In this document: positions 1-10,128 of the stretch, piece after piece
Layout: every line of letters starts with the position of its first letter
Position numbering within the stretch: position 1 is the first letter of the stretch
NCBI GenBank assembly: GCA_934086955.1
Contig: CAKOIN010000003.1
Span: 71,271 to 135,270, forward strand
Direction of reading: 5' to 3'
DNA: 64,000 nt
From: an uncultured Bacilli bacterium
GTDB taxonomy: Bacteria; Bacillota_I; Bacilli_A; RF39; UBA660
Position numbers and translations under genes: made by a program
The notes under the pieces: generated by a model
What the model was told of the DNA's origin: nothing
Databases searched by the model: none
The model's input: the letters and a program-made list of their open reading frames with translations, nothing else

Positions 1-2
1 GA

Positions 3-338
3 GCTGAGGTATCAAATAATTGTTTAGAGGATTTACAAAAGAAAGTTGAAAAGTATGGTATCACTATTGATAACTTTAATATAACTAATTTAAGTTTTAG
101 TGAAGAATATAGTAAAGCAATTGAAGATAAACAAGTTGCTGAACAAAAACTTGAAAAAGCTAGACTTGATGCTGAAAGTAAACTTGTTGAAGCAGAAGCT
201 ACTAAAAAAGCAAATGATTTATTAAAACAATCTCTTACTGATAACTTAATAGCTAAAGAATTTATTAATAAGTGGGATGGTAAACTTCCAACTAGTTATG
301 CTGGTAAAGATATATTAAGCATATTTAATGTTAAATAG
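3..338 (+). CDS. SPFH/band-7 (prohibitin/HflC-like) protein, C-terminal fragment (5' end outside the window)
   Basis: Read by eye in the frame ending at TAG 336-338: ...SFSEEYSKAIEDKQVAEQKLEKARLDAESKLVEAEATKKANDLL..., the typical coiled C-terminus of SPFH proteins (F..EY..AIE.KQVA.Q). Confidence 0.5.
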   Translation, partial: AEVSNNCLEDLQKKVEKYGITIDNFNITNLSFSEEYSKAIEDKQVAEQKLEKARLDAESKLVEAEATKKANDLLKQSLTDNLIAKEFINKWDGKLPTSYAGKDILSIFNVK

Positions 339-391
339 AAGTAGAAATACTTCTTTTAATTTGATATTATATATTTAATAGAGAGGTGTAT

Positions 392-1129
392 ATGAAAAAT
401 AAAGGTGTTTATGTTGGTGTTATAATTAGTTTATTTGTTATTATAATTGCTTTAGTAGGATATATAATTTATAGTAATAAAGATAATAATGTAGTTAATA
501 ATTGTGAACCATGTAATAAAAATGATAATAAAACTATTAATGAAGAAGATGATGATAAAACTAATAAGAAAGAAAAAATAGTTTCAATTGAACTTAAAGA
601 TAATAAGAAAATAAGTGTTGATGAAACTTATAATGAGGAAGAAACAGTTATTTATAATATAAAAGTTAATAATTATACATTGAAGGTATATTATAATAAA
701 GATTATACTTATTTTGAAACTGCCAATGATATTAATTCTTTTTATACAGGAAGTAATAATATATTGTATTCTCTTCAAAAATATAATAATTATGTTTTTG
801 TGACAATGGCTTGTCAATGTGGTATTACACCTGTAGTGTATGTTGTTGATTTAGAAAAAGATGTAGTATTAAATGAAATATGTTTACCTTCAAGTAATGG
901 TACTTGTAGTGGATATATTTATAATCAAATTCTGACAGGTCAATACTATGAACAAAAATATAATATTAATTATAATACAGGTTCTAGTTCTTTAGTGAAA
1001 AGTGATAAATTTAGTTGTAGTGATTATTCTAAATATGCCCCTATTAATGATGATGGAAGTAGAGTAATAAAGTGTGAAAATAATACTTGTGAGAGAAGAG
1101 TTGAATTTTGTTATCCATATGGTGATTAA
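392..1129 (+). CDS. hypothetical membrane-anchored Cys-rich protein
   Basis: ORF track 386-1129. ATG at 392 follows an agagagg RBS. One N-terminal TM helix, a K/D/N-rich linker, then a Cys-rich C-terminal domain. No family recognised. Confidence 0.4.
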   Translation: MKNKGVYVGVIISLFVIIIALVGYIIYSNKDNNVVNNCEPCNKNDNKTINEEDDDKTNKKEKIVSIELKDNKKISVDETYNEEETVIYNIKVNNYTLKVYYNKDYTYFETANDINSFYTGSNNILYSLQKYNNYVFVTMACQCGITPVVYVVDLEKDVVLNEICLPSSNGTCSGYIYNQILTGQYYEQKYNINYNTGSSSLVKSDKFSCSDYSKYAPINDDGSRVIKCENNTCERRVEFCYPYGD

Positions 1130-1248
1130 TGATTTTAAAAAGCTTCTTTAAGAAGTTTTTTAATTGTCATTTTTTGGTATAAATTAACTACAATTTGAAA
1201 TATGTTTATAAATATGATATAATAAGTCTCGCTTGCTTAAAATGAGGA

Positions 1249-1827
1249 GTGAATAAAAATTATATGATATTAAGTAAATTATTTATTACTTTAAGTGTAT
1301 TTGCTAATATATTTAGTGGTAATAAAGTTATAGAAATTAATCATGATTATTTAGATAGTCATATTAATTTGAGTATTAAACACTTTGAAAGTGAGAAAGA
1401 AGAATATGAGAAATTAAATACTTTTAATGGTGAAACAGTAGATGAGATAGCTACTAAATTAAATAGATATTTAAATTCAACATTAAAAGGTAAGGGTGAG
1501 TTTATTACTAGATATTCAATTGAAGTAGGAATGGATCCATATTTAGCTACTGGTGTTATGCTTCAAGAAACTGGTTGCTATTGGACTTGTAGTTATCTTA
1601 CTAGAGTTTGTAATAATGTTGGTGGTAATAAAGGAAAACCTGGTTGTAATGGAGGAAGTTATAGAAGATTTAATTCTATTGAAGATGGAATTAAGTTTGC
1701 TATTAATAAGTTAAATTCATATTATAAGAAAGGACTAACTACTGCAGAACAAATTGGACCTAAATATGCAAGTGATCCAAAGTGGGTTGTTAGAGTTAAT
1801 AGATATATTAATAAATTAAAGAAATAG
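1249..1827 (+). CDS. putative GH73-family peptidoglycan hydrolase (glucosaminidase-like), secreted
   Basis: N-terminal signal-like hydrophobic segment. ATGVMLQETG...NNVGGNKG resembles the glucosaminidase motifs AILESGWG...NNLFGIKA (catalytic Glu context). Confidence 0.45.
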   Translation: MNKNYMILSKLFITLSVFANIFSGNKVIEINHDYLDSHINLSIKHFESEKEEYEKLNTFNGETVDEIATKLNRYLNSTLKGKGEFITRYSIEVGMDPYLATGVMLQETGCYWTCSYLTRVCNNVGGNKGKPGCNGGSYRRFNSIEDGIKFAINKLNSYYKKGLTTAEQIGPKYASDPKWVVRVNRYINKLKK

Positions 1828-1841
1828 AATGGGGATGGGGT

Positions 1842-2495
1842 TTGAAAGAAGATATTTATTTACATGGAATTTGTCCGTCAAATACTTTTTATTTAGAAAC
1901 ATATGAAACATATGAAATACTTTGTAAAATATTAAAGTGTAGAGCTCTTCTTTCTAGTAAACTTCAAAGAACAATTTCTAATGAAGGATTTAATGGAGTT
2001 GATTATGTTTCTTTATGTGATTACACAAGAAGATATATAATGGCAAAAGCAAAGAAGAATTTTAATGCTTACAATACTTATGTTAGATATTCAGTTTCAT
2101 TAATGTTTCCACAAGGTGAATTTGAAGTTGTTGATCCTGTTATTGTTAAAGCACCTTTTATGATGACTGCTAAAGATTATATAAAAATGAAAGAATTGGG
2201 TCTTTCAAAAGGTAAAAGATTTAGTGATATGCCAGATGAGGTTCAAGTGAAAGATAGAGTTCCACTTGAATATATGAGTGGTCTTACATATCCAGTACAT
2301 ATGGTAAGAGAAAATAACGAGAATTCTATTAAGAAAATAGCAAGAATTATGGATGATTTGGATATGCTTAATTATGCTCTTAGTACATATGGATATGATG
2401 TACCAATATATGATGTTGATACTCTTGCTGTACTTGATAGTTCAAGGGAAGTAGAATATGTTTTAAGATATGGAAAAAGTTCTAAAAGTATTTAG
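1842..2495 (+). CDS. hypothetical protein
   Basis: 217-aa ORF in the track. No motif recognised. Confidence 0.35.
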   Translation: MKEDIYLHGICPSNTFYLETYETYEILCKILKCRALLSSKLQRTISNEGFNGVDYVSLCDYTRRYIMAKAKKNFNAYNTYVRYSVSLMFPQGEFEVVDPVIVKAPFMMTAKDYIKMKELGLSKGKRFSDMPDEVQVKDRVPLEYMSGLTYPVHMVRENNENSIKKIARIMDDLDMLNYALSTYGYDVPIYDVDTLAVLDSSREVEYVLRYGKSSKSI

Positions 2496-2538
2496 ATATT
2501 AAAAATGAAAGATCAAATAAATATTTAATTAAAAAATA

Positions 2539-2567
2539 TTGACAAAAATATATGAATAAACTATAAT
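2539..2567 (+). promoter_or_regulatory. sigma-A type promoter (TTGACA, 17 nt spacer, TATAAT) for the aspS leader
   Basis: ttgaca at 2539-2544, 17-nt spacer, tataat at 2562-2567, all consensus. Confidence 0.6.
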
Positions 2568-2574
2568 CTACTCA

Positions 2575-2795
2575 TGAGCAATGAAGGAAAATAGTAGTTA
2601 TTTATCTTCCTTAATAGAGAGTTAGTGGTTGGTGGAAACTAATAATAGATAAATAATGAATAAAAGATTGTGACAATTTCTGGAGCTAATATGCATGTCT
2701 GCTATAAAGACTAAAAGGTAGAAATAATGAATCTATGAAGTAAGATGGTACAGCGAACAAAATCGCTCTTACGAATAGATTCTTTTTTATTTATA
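2575..2795 (+). promoter_or_regulatory. probable T-box leader with intrinsic terminator upstream of aspS
   Basis: 230-nt structured leader between the promoter and aspS. AGAGAG/GTGG elements, a T-box-like AAGATGGTACAGCG (compare consensus GGGUGGUACCGCG), then a terminator with stem gaatctat...atagattc and a T6 run at 2729-2790, and an RBS aaggagg. Confidence 0.45.
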
Positions 2796-2808
2796 AGGAG
2801 GAATTTAT

Positions 2809-4545
2809 ATGGCTAACAAATATAGAAATATATATTGTGGTGAAGTAACAAAAGAATATGAAAACAAAGAAGTAAGAGTTGCTGGATGGATTGAAAATGT
2901 TAGAAATTTAGGAAGTATAGTATTTATTGCTTTAAGAGATGAAACTGGTATTGTACAATTAATAAGTGAGAATACTGAATATAGTCGTCTTAATCGTGAA
3001 AGTACTGTTACTGTTTTAGGTAAGGTAGTTTCAAGAACATCAGATATGGTTAATAAAAATATGAAAACTGGTGAGATTGAAATTGAAATTAAGGAGTTAG
3101 AAGTACTTGGTGATGTTTATAAAACACTTCCATTTGAAGTTAAAAGTAGTAAAATGTCTAGTGAAGAAACAAGACTTAAATATCGTTATTTAGATCTTAG
3201 AAATAAAAGTGTTCATGATGGTATTAGATTTAGAACAGAAGTTATTGATTTTATAAGATATACAATGAAAGATATGAAATTTACTGAAATTCAAACTCCA
3301 ATACTAACTGCATCTAGTCCAGAGGGAGCAAGAGATTTTATCGTTCCAAGTAGAAAGTTTAAAGGTAAATTCTATGCATTACCACAAGCACCACAAATAT
3401 TTAAACAATTATTAATGTGTAGTGGTTTTGATAGATACTTCCAAATCGCACCTTGTTTTAGAGATGAAGATCCAAGAAGTGATAGATTATATGGTGAATT
3501 TTATCAATTAGATTTTGAAATGTCATTTGCTACTCAAGAAGATGTATTCCTTGTAGGACAAAGAGTATTCTATGATGTATTTAAGAAGTTTGGTAATAAA
3601 GAAGTATCAAGTGTACCTTTTAGAAGAATACCATTTAAAGAAGCAATGGAAAAATATGGTAGTGATAAACCTGATTTAAGAATACCATTTGAGATTATTA
3701 ATCTTACTGAATTATTATCTAGTAATGAAAGAGTTGTATTTAAAGATAAAGAAGTTAAATGTATGGTTTTACCAGAAAATGATAAATCTAATAGTTTCTA
3801 TAAAAAACTTGAAGAAGAATATAAGAATTTAGGTGCTAGTTCACTTGGATTTATTAAATATAATAATGAAATTACTGGTTCAATGGCTAAGTTATTTAGT
3901 GATAGTGAAAAAGAAAAATTAGTTCAAACATTAAAACTTGAAAATGGTAACACTGTTGTTATAGTTTGTGGAACTAAGGGAGAAAAGTTTGATAAACTTT
4001 GTGGTTCTTTAAGACTTAAGCTTGGTAATGAACTTAATCTAATTGATAAAAATAAATATGAATTTTGTATTATTGTTGATTTCCCATTCTATGAATGGAA
4101 TGAAGAAGATAATAAATGGGATTTTACACACAATCCATTTAGTATGCCAAATGGTGGTCTTGATGCTTTACTTAATAAAAATCCTGGTGATATTGTTGCT
4201 TGCCAATACGATTTTGTTTGTAATGGTCTTGAAATGGCTAGTGGTGGAGAAAGAAATTATAGTCCAGTAATTCTTAAAAAAGCATTTGAAATAGCTGGTT
4301 ATGATGAAAGTGTAGTTGAAAGTAAATTCCCATCATTATATCAAGCATTTCAATTCGGAGCTCCACCTCATGCTGGTATGGCTCCTGGACTTGATAGAAT
4401 TCTTATGTTACTTAAAGATGAAGAAAATATAAGAGAAATGGTAGCATTCCCAATGGCTGCTAATGGAGCTGATGCTTTAATGGGATGTCCAAACGAAGTA
4501 TTTGAAAAACAATTAAGAGAAACTCATATTAAGGTTCGTGACTAG
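2809..4545 (+). CDS. aspS: aspartyl-tRNA synthetase
   Basis: 578 aa. N-terminal OB-fold anticodon-binding domain, class II motifs (FRDEDPRSDR, GAPPHAGMAPGLDRILM) and an AspRS insertion domain. Confidence 0.9.
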   Translation: MANKYRNIYCGEVTKEYENKEVRVAGWIENVRNLGSIVFIALRDETGIVQLISENTEYSRLNRESTVTVLGKVVSRTSDMVNKNMKTGEIEIEIKELEVLGDVYKTLPFEVKSSKMSSEETRLKYRYLDLRNKSVHDGIRFRTEVIDFIRYTMKDMKFTEIQTPILTASSPEGARDFIVPSRKFKGKFYALPQAPQIFKQLLMCSGFDRYFQIAPCFRDEDPRSDRLYGEFYQLDFEMSFATQEDVFLVGQRVFYDVFKKFGNKEVSSVPFRRIPFKEAMEKYGSDKPDLRIPFEIINLTELLSSNERVVFKDKEVKCMVLPENDKSNSFYKKLEEEYKNLGASSLGFIKYNNEITGSMAKLFSDSEKEKLVQTLKLENGNTVVIVCGTKGEKFDKLCGSLRLKLGNELNLIDKNKYEFCIIVDFPFYEWNEEDNKWDFTHNPFSMPNGGLDALLNKNPGDIVACQYDFVCNGLEMASGGERNYSPVILKKAFEIAGYDESVVESKFPSLYQAFQFGAPPHAGMAPGLDRILMLLKDEENIREMVAFPMAANGADALMGCPNEVFEKQLRETHIKVRD

Positions 4546-5258
4546 TGAACACTATTGATTTAAATGAATTTGATGGTGAAAAAGCTTTTTATCATTTTAC
4601 TAATAGAAGTAATTATGAAAGTATAAGTTCAAATGGACTTATACCTTCTATTGGTAATAATGCAAGAGGTATAGAACTTACAGGAAAAGTATTTTTTTCA
4701 AAAGGTAATATAGGTTTTCTTAGAATATGTGATGTATGGATTAATTGGTTTATTTATAGAGTTAGTTTATATGATTCAGTTCTTAAATATAAAGATATTA
4801 GTGAAGAAGAAAGAATGAATTTAAAAAGAAAATTTAGAAAAGACTTTACTAATGGACTATATTATACAGAAGATAATATTAATTATGCTTTATCTTGGAT
4901 GTTGGATTTTATGAAATCTAATATAGTATTAAAGATTGATATTAGTGATAAAGATTATGACCCATTTGATATTGATGAAGCTAAATCTCATGAAAAAGAA
5001 GAATTTATTAATAGAATGTATTTAGGATATGTAACTAGTAAAAACTATACTGAAACATTTAATATGCATACTAAAAGTGGAGTTGGGGTAGATAAAGATA
5101 AAATATCTTTGATTACTACTTATGGTGATGATTCTGCGATTAGTATATTAAAAGAAATATATAAAGAAGAAAAAGAAAAAGATAAGAATCTTGAATTTGC
5201 ATTTCTTGATAGATTTATGAAGTATGTAAATTCTATGGATTCTAACATAAAATTATAG
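4545..5258 (+). CDS. hypothetical protein translationally coupled to aspS (GTG start overlapping the aspS stop)
   Basis: 237-aa ORF. GTG at 4545 overlaps TAG 4543-4545. The N-terminal motif FYHFTNRSNYESISSNGLIP is faintly reminiscent of ART/Tpt1-like HxT motifs (weak). Sits between two aaRS genes. Confidence 0.45.
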   Translation: MNTIDLNEFDGEKAFYHFTNRSNYESISSNGLIPSIGNNARGIELTGKVFFSKGNIGFLRICDVWINWFIYRVSLYDSVLKYKDISEEERMNLKRKFRKDFTNGLYYTEDNINYALSWMLDFMKSNIVLKIDISDKDYDPFDIDEAKSHEKEEFINRMYLGYVTSKNYTETFNMHTKSGVGVDKDKISLITTYGDDSAISILKEIYKEEKEKDKNLEFAFLDRFMKYVNSMDSNIKL

Positions 5259-5274
5259 AAAAGGAAGTGAAAAA

Positions 5275-6768
5275 ATGGAAAGACAATTTACAGAACAAGA
5301 ACTTGTTCGTAGAGAAAAAATGGAAAAAATAAGAAGTCTTGGTATGGATCCTTTTGGTAGTAGATTTGATAGAGATAGTTTTGCTGCTGATTTAAAGGAA
5401 AAGTATAAAGATGTTGATCATGAAGAATTTGAAAATATGGAAGATACAGCTACTGTTGCTGGTAGAGTTATGTTTATTAGAAAGATGGGTAAAGCTTCAT
5501 TCTTTTCTCTTAAAGATAAGACTGGTCCAATTCAAATATATATTTCAATAAATGATATTGGAGAAGATTCATATAATTTATTTAAGAGTGCTGATATTGG
5601 TGATATAGTAGGTGTTTATGGTAAGATAATGAAAACTAAAACAGGTGAACTTACTATTAAGTGTTTAAAATATACACCACTTGTTAAGGCATTAAAACCA
5701 TTACCAGAAAAGTTCCATGGACTTACTGATATTGAAGAAAGATATAGAAGAAGATATGTTGATTTAATTATGAACGATGATTCTAAGAGAGTAGCATTTA
5801 CTAGACCTAGAATTATTAGATGTATTCAAAACTTTATGGATGGAAGAGGATTTACAGAAGTTGAAACTCCAATTTTAAATACTCTTTTAACAGGTGCATC
5901 AGCAAGACCATTTATTACACATCATAATACACAAGATATGGATATGTATTTAAGAATAGCTTTAGAATTACCATTAAAGAGATTATTAGTTGGTGGTATG
6001 GAAGCTGTTTATGAGATAGGTAGAACATTTAGAAATGAAGGAATGGATCCAATGCATAATCCTGAATTTACATTAATGGAAGCTTATCTTGCTTATTCTA
6101 ATCTTGAAGGTATGATGGAAATGACTGAAAGTATGTTCAAAACTATCGCTAAAGATATTTTTGGTAAATATACATTTAACTGGAATGGTAGTGAAATTAA
6201 TCTAGATGGAACTTGGAAGAGAGTTAGTATGGTTGATGCTATAAAAGAACAAACTGGTATTGATTTTAAGAAGAAAATGACGGTTGAAGAAGCATTAAAG
6301 TTAGCTAAAGAACATGATATTGAAGTAGAAGAACATCAACATAATGTTGGTCATATTATTAATTTATTCTTTGAAAAATATGTTGAAGAAACATTAATTC
6401 AACCAACATTCTTATATGGACATCCAGTTGAAATAAGTCCACTTACTAAGAGAAATCCGGAAGATCCAAGATTTGTAGATAGATTTGAGTTATTTATTGG
6501 TGGAAAAGAGTTTGCTAATGCATATACTGAACTTAATGATCCAATTGATCAATTAGAAAGATTTGAAGATCAATTAAAAGAAAAAGAACTTGGAAATGAT
6601 GAAGCTAATGATATAGATATGGATTTCATTGAAGCTCTTGAGTACGGAATGCCTCCTGCTGGTGGTATTGGTTATGGTATTGATAGACTTGTTATGTTCT
6701 TTACTGAATCAGCAAGTATTAGAGATGTAATACTATTTCCAACTATGAAAGAGAGAGATAGAAAATAG
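5275..6768 (+). CDS. lysS: lysyl-tRNA synthetase (class II)
   Basis: 497 aa. OB-fold N-terminus, FRNEGMDPMHNPEFT (motif 2) and GMPPAGGIGYGIDRLVM (motif 3). Confidence 0.9.
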   Translation: MERQFTEQELVRREKMEKIRSLGMDPFGSRFDRDSFAADLKEKYKDVDHEEFENMEDTATVAGRVMFIRKMGKASFFSLKDKTGPIQIYISINDIGEDSYNLFKSADIGDIVGVYGKIMKTKTGELTIKCLKYTPLVKALKPLPEKFHGLTDIEERYRRRYVDLIMNDDSKRVAFTRPRIIRCIQNFMDGRGFTEVETPILNTLLTGASARPFITHHNTQDMDMYLRIALELPLKRLLVGGMEAVYEIGRTFRNEGMDPMHNPEFTLMEAYLAYSNLEGMMEMTESMFKTIAKDIFGKYTFNWNGSEINLDGTWKRVSMVDAIKEQTGIDFKKKMTVEEALKLAKEHDIEVEEHQHNVGHIINLFFEKYVEETLIQPTFLYGHPVEISPLTKRNPEDPRFVDRFELFIGGKEFANAYTELNDPIDQLERFEDQLKEKELGNDEANDIDMDFIEALEYGMPPAGGIGYGIDRLVMFFTESASIRDVILFPTMKERDRK

Positions 6769-6777
6769 TTTTCAAAA

Positions 6778-6812
6778 TCACACATGAATTTTGTGTGGTT
6801 TTTTAGTGTACA
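6778..6812 (+). terminator. rho-independent terminator after lysS
   Basis: atcacaca-tgaatttt-gtgtggt hairpin followed by a T6 run. Confidence 0.55.
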
Positions 6813-6905
6813 TTTTTTTACACTTTTAATATTAAAATAATCTAAACAGGTTGCTTTTATTATTTTGAAGAACTATACTATATTTATAAGATAGGAGAGG
6901 AAAAT

Positions 6906-8828
6906 ATGGAAAAAGTTAAAAAGTTAATCTTTACATTAGTTATTTCAGTTCTTGTAATAGTTCCAGTAATTACTAATGCAGAAACTATTGATGTAAAGAC
7001 AGCAGAAGAATTATTTGCGGCTGTTAAAGGAAATAATACAGTTGTTCTTCAAGACAATATAACATTAGATAAAGCTCTTGAAGTAAATGGTAATGATATT
7101 ATATTAAATCTTAATGGCAAAACAATTACTGCTAATAAGTATATTGATTTACTAAAAGGTTCATTAGAAATTACTGGGAAAGGAACAATAAGAGATACTA
7201 GAGAATTAGCTAGTGTTGGTGCTACTATTTATGTAGAAGGTTCTACAAATAAGAGTGATGTTGCTTACTCTACATTAAATGTTGGTTCTGATGTCGTTAT
7301 TGAAACTACACAATGGGGCTTAGCTGTTTGGGATACTAGCAAAAAAGCTTATGGTGTTACTGTTAATTTTGATGGTAGAATCATTAGTTCTGGCGATAAA
7401 GCTGGTGGTATTACAGTTCAAGGTAATATTCATAATGATGGAACTATCATTAATGCACCAGTTATTAATTTAAGTAAAACAACTAAAGTTACAGCAACTG
7501 GTTCAAATGGATTTCCATTATATGGTGCTGGTGCTGGTATTTGGAATATAGTTGGTGGTACTTATGAAGGTATTAATGGAGCTCTTGGAGCTAAGAGTGG
7601 TAATTTAAATATTTCTGGTGGTACTTTTATTGCTACTGCTGAACCTGGTAAAGCTGAGGGATATGGAAATGGTATTAACGGTGTTGGAGCTGCTATTCAA
7701 TTAGAATCTAATACTGGTTACTTTGGAAATATGATTGTTTCAATTATAAATGCTAATATTACAAGTGAAAAAGGTAATAGTATTTATCATTATCCAGCTC
7801 AAGAAGGAGCAAACACATTAGAAAAATTAGTAATTAATGGTGGAAATTTTGTTGGAGATATTGTTTTCCAAGACAATGATTCTGTTGTTGCAAAAGCTGG
7901 AACTTTCCAAACTAATACAATTGAAAAATATATTCCTAAAAATTATAAATTAATTAAATTAAGTGATGCTAAATATGTTATTTCTAATATTAATTATTTA
8001 GATGTTGAAGGAGCTAGTGCTACATTTACTGTTAATGGAGTAGCAAACAGTTATTCAGCTATTGTTGGCCAAACTGTTAAGATTGTTACAAAAGTTGATA
8101 CTGGATATTATGTAAAAGGTATTACAGTAAAAGATGAAAACGGAAACACAGTTACTGTAAAAGATGATTCATTTGTTATGCCAGAGGGTGCTGTAACTGT
8201 TGCATTAGATACTGCTAGATGTTTAGATAAAGATGCAAATATAGTTGAAGTTGCTAAAGATATCACAGTTGATTCTAGTATTAATGCTGATCTTGCAAAA
8301 GAACTTATTAATACTACATTAGATAATAGAAATAGTGGTCTTGCTAAATCTATAGATGAAGAAAAATTACAACTTACTGATACAACAACTTTAATTGAAG
8401 TTAATTTTGATATTAAGTTAACTAAATATGATGAAGAAACATCAAAAATTGCTTATGAAGTTAAACCAATGTATACTATTAATGGTAATGATTATATGGT
8501 AATTCCTAATAATGCAATTAATGGAACTGTTAAATTTAATTTACCAATCCCATCAAGTGTAAAAGATACTTATGTTAAAGTTGCACATATTGGTGATGAT
8601 GGAAAAGTAATTGATGAAAAAGAATATCAAATTATGAAAAATGCTGATGGTGAAAAATATGTTACAATTGAAACATCAAGTTTTTCAACATTTGAAGTAA
8701 CAGCTTACTATACTCCTAAAAATATTAATCCACAAACTGGTGATAATATTTATACTTATGTTATTATGTTAGTAGGTTCATTATTATGTCTATCAACTGT
8801 ATGTGTTTTAAAGAAACACACTAATTAA
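6906..8828 (+). CDS. cell-wall-anchored surface protein (sortase substrate, NPQTG motif)
   Basis: N-terminal signal peptide (MEKVKKLIFTLVISVLVIVPVITNA). Gly-rich, beta-helix-like repeats. C-terminus is NPQTG + hydrophobic stretch + KKHTN, a cell-wall sorting signal. Confidence 0.6.
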   Translation: MEKVKKLIFTLVISVLVIVPVITNAETIDVKTAEELFAAVKGNNTVVLQDNITLDKALEVNGNDIILNLNGKTITANKYIDLLKGSLEITGKGTIRDTRELASVGATIYVEGSTNKSDVAYSTLNVGSDVVIETTQWGLAVWDTSKKAYGVTVNFDGRIISSGDKAGGITVQGNIHNDGTIINAPVINLSKTTKVTATGSNGFPLYGAGAGIWNIVGGTYEGINGALGAKSGNLNISGGTFIATAEPGKAEGYGNGINGVGAAIQLESNTGYFGNMIVSIINANITSEKGNSIYHYPAQEGANTLEKLVINGGNFVGDIVFQDNDSVVAKAGTFQTNTIEKYIPKNYKLIKLSDAKYVISNINYLDVEGASATFTVNGVANSYSAIVGQTVKIVTKVDTGYYVKGITVKDENGNTVTVKDDSFVMPEGAVTVALDTARCLDKDANIVEVAKDITVDSSINADLAKELINTTLDNRNSGLAKSIDEEKLQLTDTTTLIEVNFDIKLTKYDEETSKIAYEVKPMYTINGNDYMVIPNNAINGTVKFNLPIPSSVKDTYVKVAHIGDDGKVIDEKEYQIMKNADGEKYVTIETSSFSTFEVTAYYTPKNINPQTGDNIYTYVIMLVGSLLCLSTVCVLKKHTN

Positions 8829-8899
8829 TAATAAAATATAATTATTAAAAATATGGACTGCTTTTATAAGTAGTCCTATTTTATTAAAAGGATGATTTT

Positions 8900-10078
8900 A
8901 TGAGAGAAAAGATAACAATTGGGATATTTATTGATGCATTTTTTCCTATGACTGATGGAGTTGTTATGGTTGTACATAATTATGCTAAAAGATTAATGAA
9001 ATATGCTAATGTTGTAGTATTTGCTCCAGGATATAATGGAGTAGAATGTGATGATTCTGTTTTTCCATATAAAGTAGTTAGGTGTTATTCATTGAAGACT
9101 TTCTTTTGGGATTATAGTTTACCAATTCCTAAATTAGATAGAAAGTTTAGAAAAATTTTAGATAATTATAAACTTGATATAGTTCATATTAATTCTCCAT
9201 TTACTCTTGGAAAAGAAGGACTTAGATATGCTAAAAAACATCATATACCTTGTGTAGCGACTATGCATAGTCAATATAAGCAAGATTTTATGAGAGCTGT
9301 AAAAGTTGAAAGAATTGCTAATATATTAAATCATAATGCAATTAAAGTTTTTGATAAATGTGATCAGTGTTTTGCTGTTAATAGTGAGGTGGCTAGAATA
9401 TATTATGAAGATTATCATTGTAAGAAATTACCTCTTGTACTTAATAATGCTACTGAAATGGAACTTGTAAAAGATATAAAACTTGCAAATAATTATATTA
9501 ATCAAAAATATAATATTAAGAGTAGTGATATAGTTTTTCTATTTGTAGGTAGAATTAATACATTAAAGAATATATTTTTTATAGTTGATTCATTAAAATT
9601 ATTAAAAGAGTTAAAACCAAAATTAAAGTTTAAAATGTTATTTGTAGGTACTGGTCAAGATGAAGAAAGATTAAAAGATAAAATTAATGATTTAGATATG
9701 AATAATGAAATAATAATGTGCGGTAAAGTAACTGATAGGAATCTTCTTGCATATTATTATAGTAGAGCTAATTTAATGCTTTTCCCATCTGTATATGATG
9801 CTTCATCTATTGTTCAAATAGAAGCGGCTAGTCAGAAGACTCCAACTGTGTTTTTAGAAAATACTGCTACTAGTGCTACGGTTACTAATAATGTTAACGG
9901 ATATTTATCTAAATATAGTGTAAAAGATTATGCTAATAAAATAATAGAGATACTTGATAATAAAAAATTATATAAAGAAGTATGTGAAAATGCATATAGA
10001 GATTTATATGTTAATTGGGATACTGTTATTGATAATGTTTATTCTATGTATATTGATATGATAATGAATAAAAAGTAA
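8900..10078 (+). CDS. GT4-family glycosyltransferase (glycolipid or BshA-like)
   Basis: 392 aa. N-terminus MREKITIGIFIDAFFPMTDGVV is typical of GT4 diacylglycerol glycosyltransferases (alMGS-like) and of BshA. C-terminal GT-B domain with an E..E motif. Confidence 0.65.
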   Translation: MREKITIGIFIDAFFPMTDGVVMVVHNYAKRLMKYANVVVFAPGYNGVECDDSVFPYKVVRCYSLKTFFWDYSLPIPKLDRKFRKILDNYKLDIVHINSPFTLGKEGLRYAKKHHIPCVATMHSQYKQDFMRAVKVERIANILNHNAIKVFDKCDQCFAVNSEVARIYYEDYHCKKLPLVLNNATEMELVKDIKLANNYINQKYNIKSSDIVFLFVGRINTLKNIFFIVDSLKLLKELKPKLKFKMLFVGTGQDEERLKDKINDLDMNNEIIMCGKVTDRNLLAYYYSRANLMLFPSVYDASSIVQIEAASQKTPTVFLENTATSATVTNNVNGYLSKYSVKDYANKIIEILDNKKLYKEVCENAYRDLYVNWDTVIDNVYSMYIDMIMNKK

Positions 10079-10128
10079 TTTACTAATTTTAATTATAGTG
10101 GTATAATCTATGGCTAGGGAGAGAGTGT

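Noticed and set aside
584-817. 77-aa minus-strand ORF inside the 386-1129 gene
   Set aside because: AT-rich antisense ORF with I/F/N low-complexity composition and no RBS.
4043-4270. 75-aa + strand ORF inside aspS
   Set aside because: Alternate-frame ORF wholly within a well-supported conserved CDS, with a hydrophobic low-complexity product.
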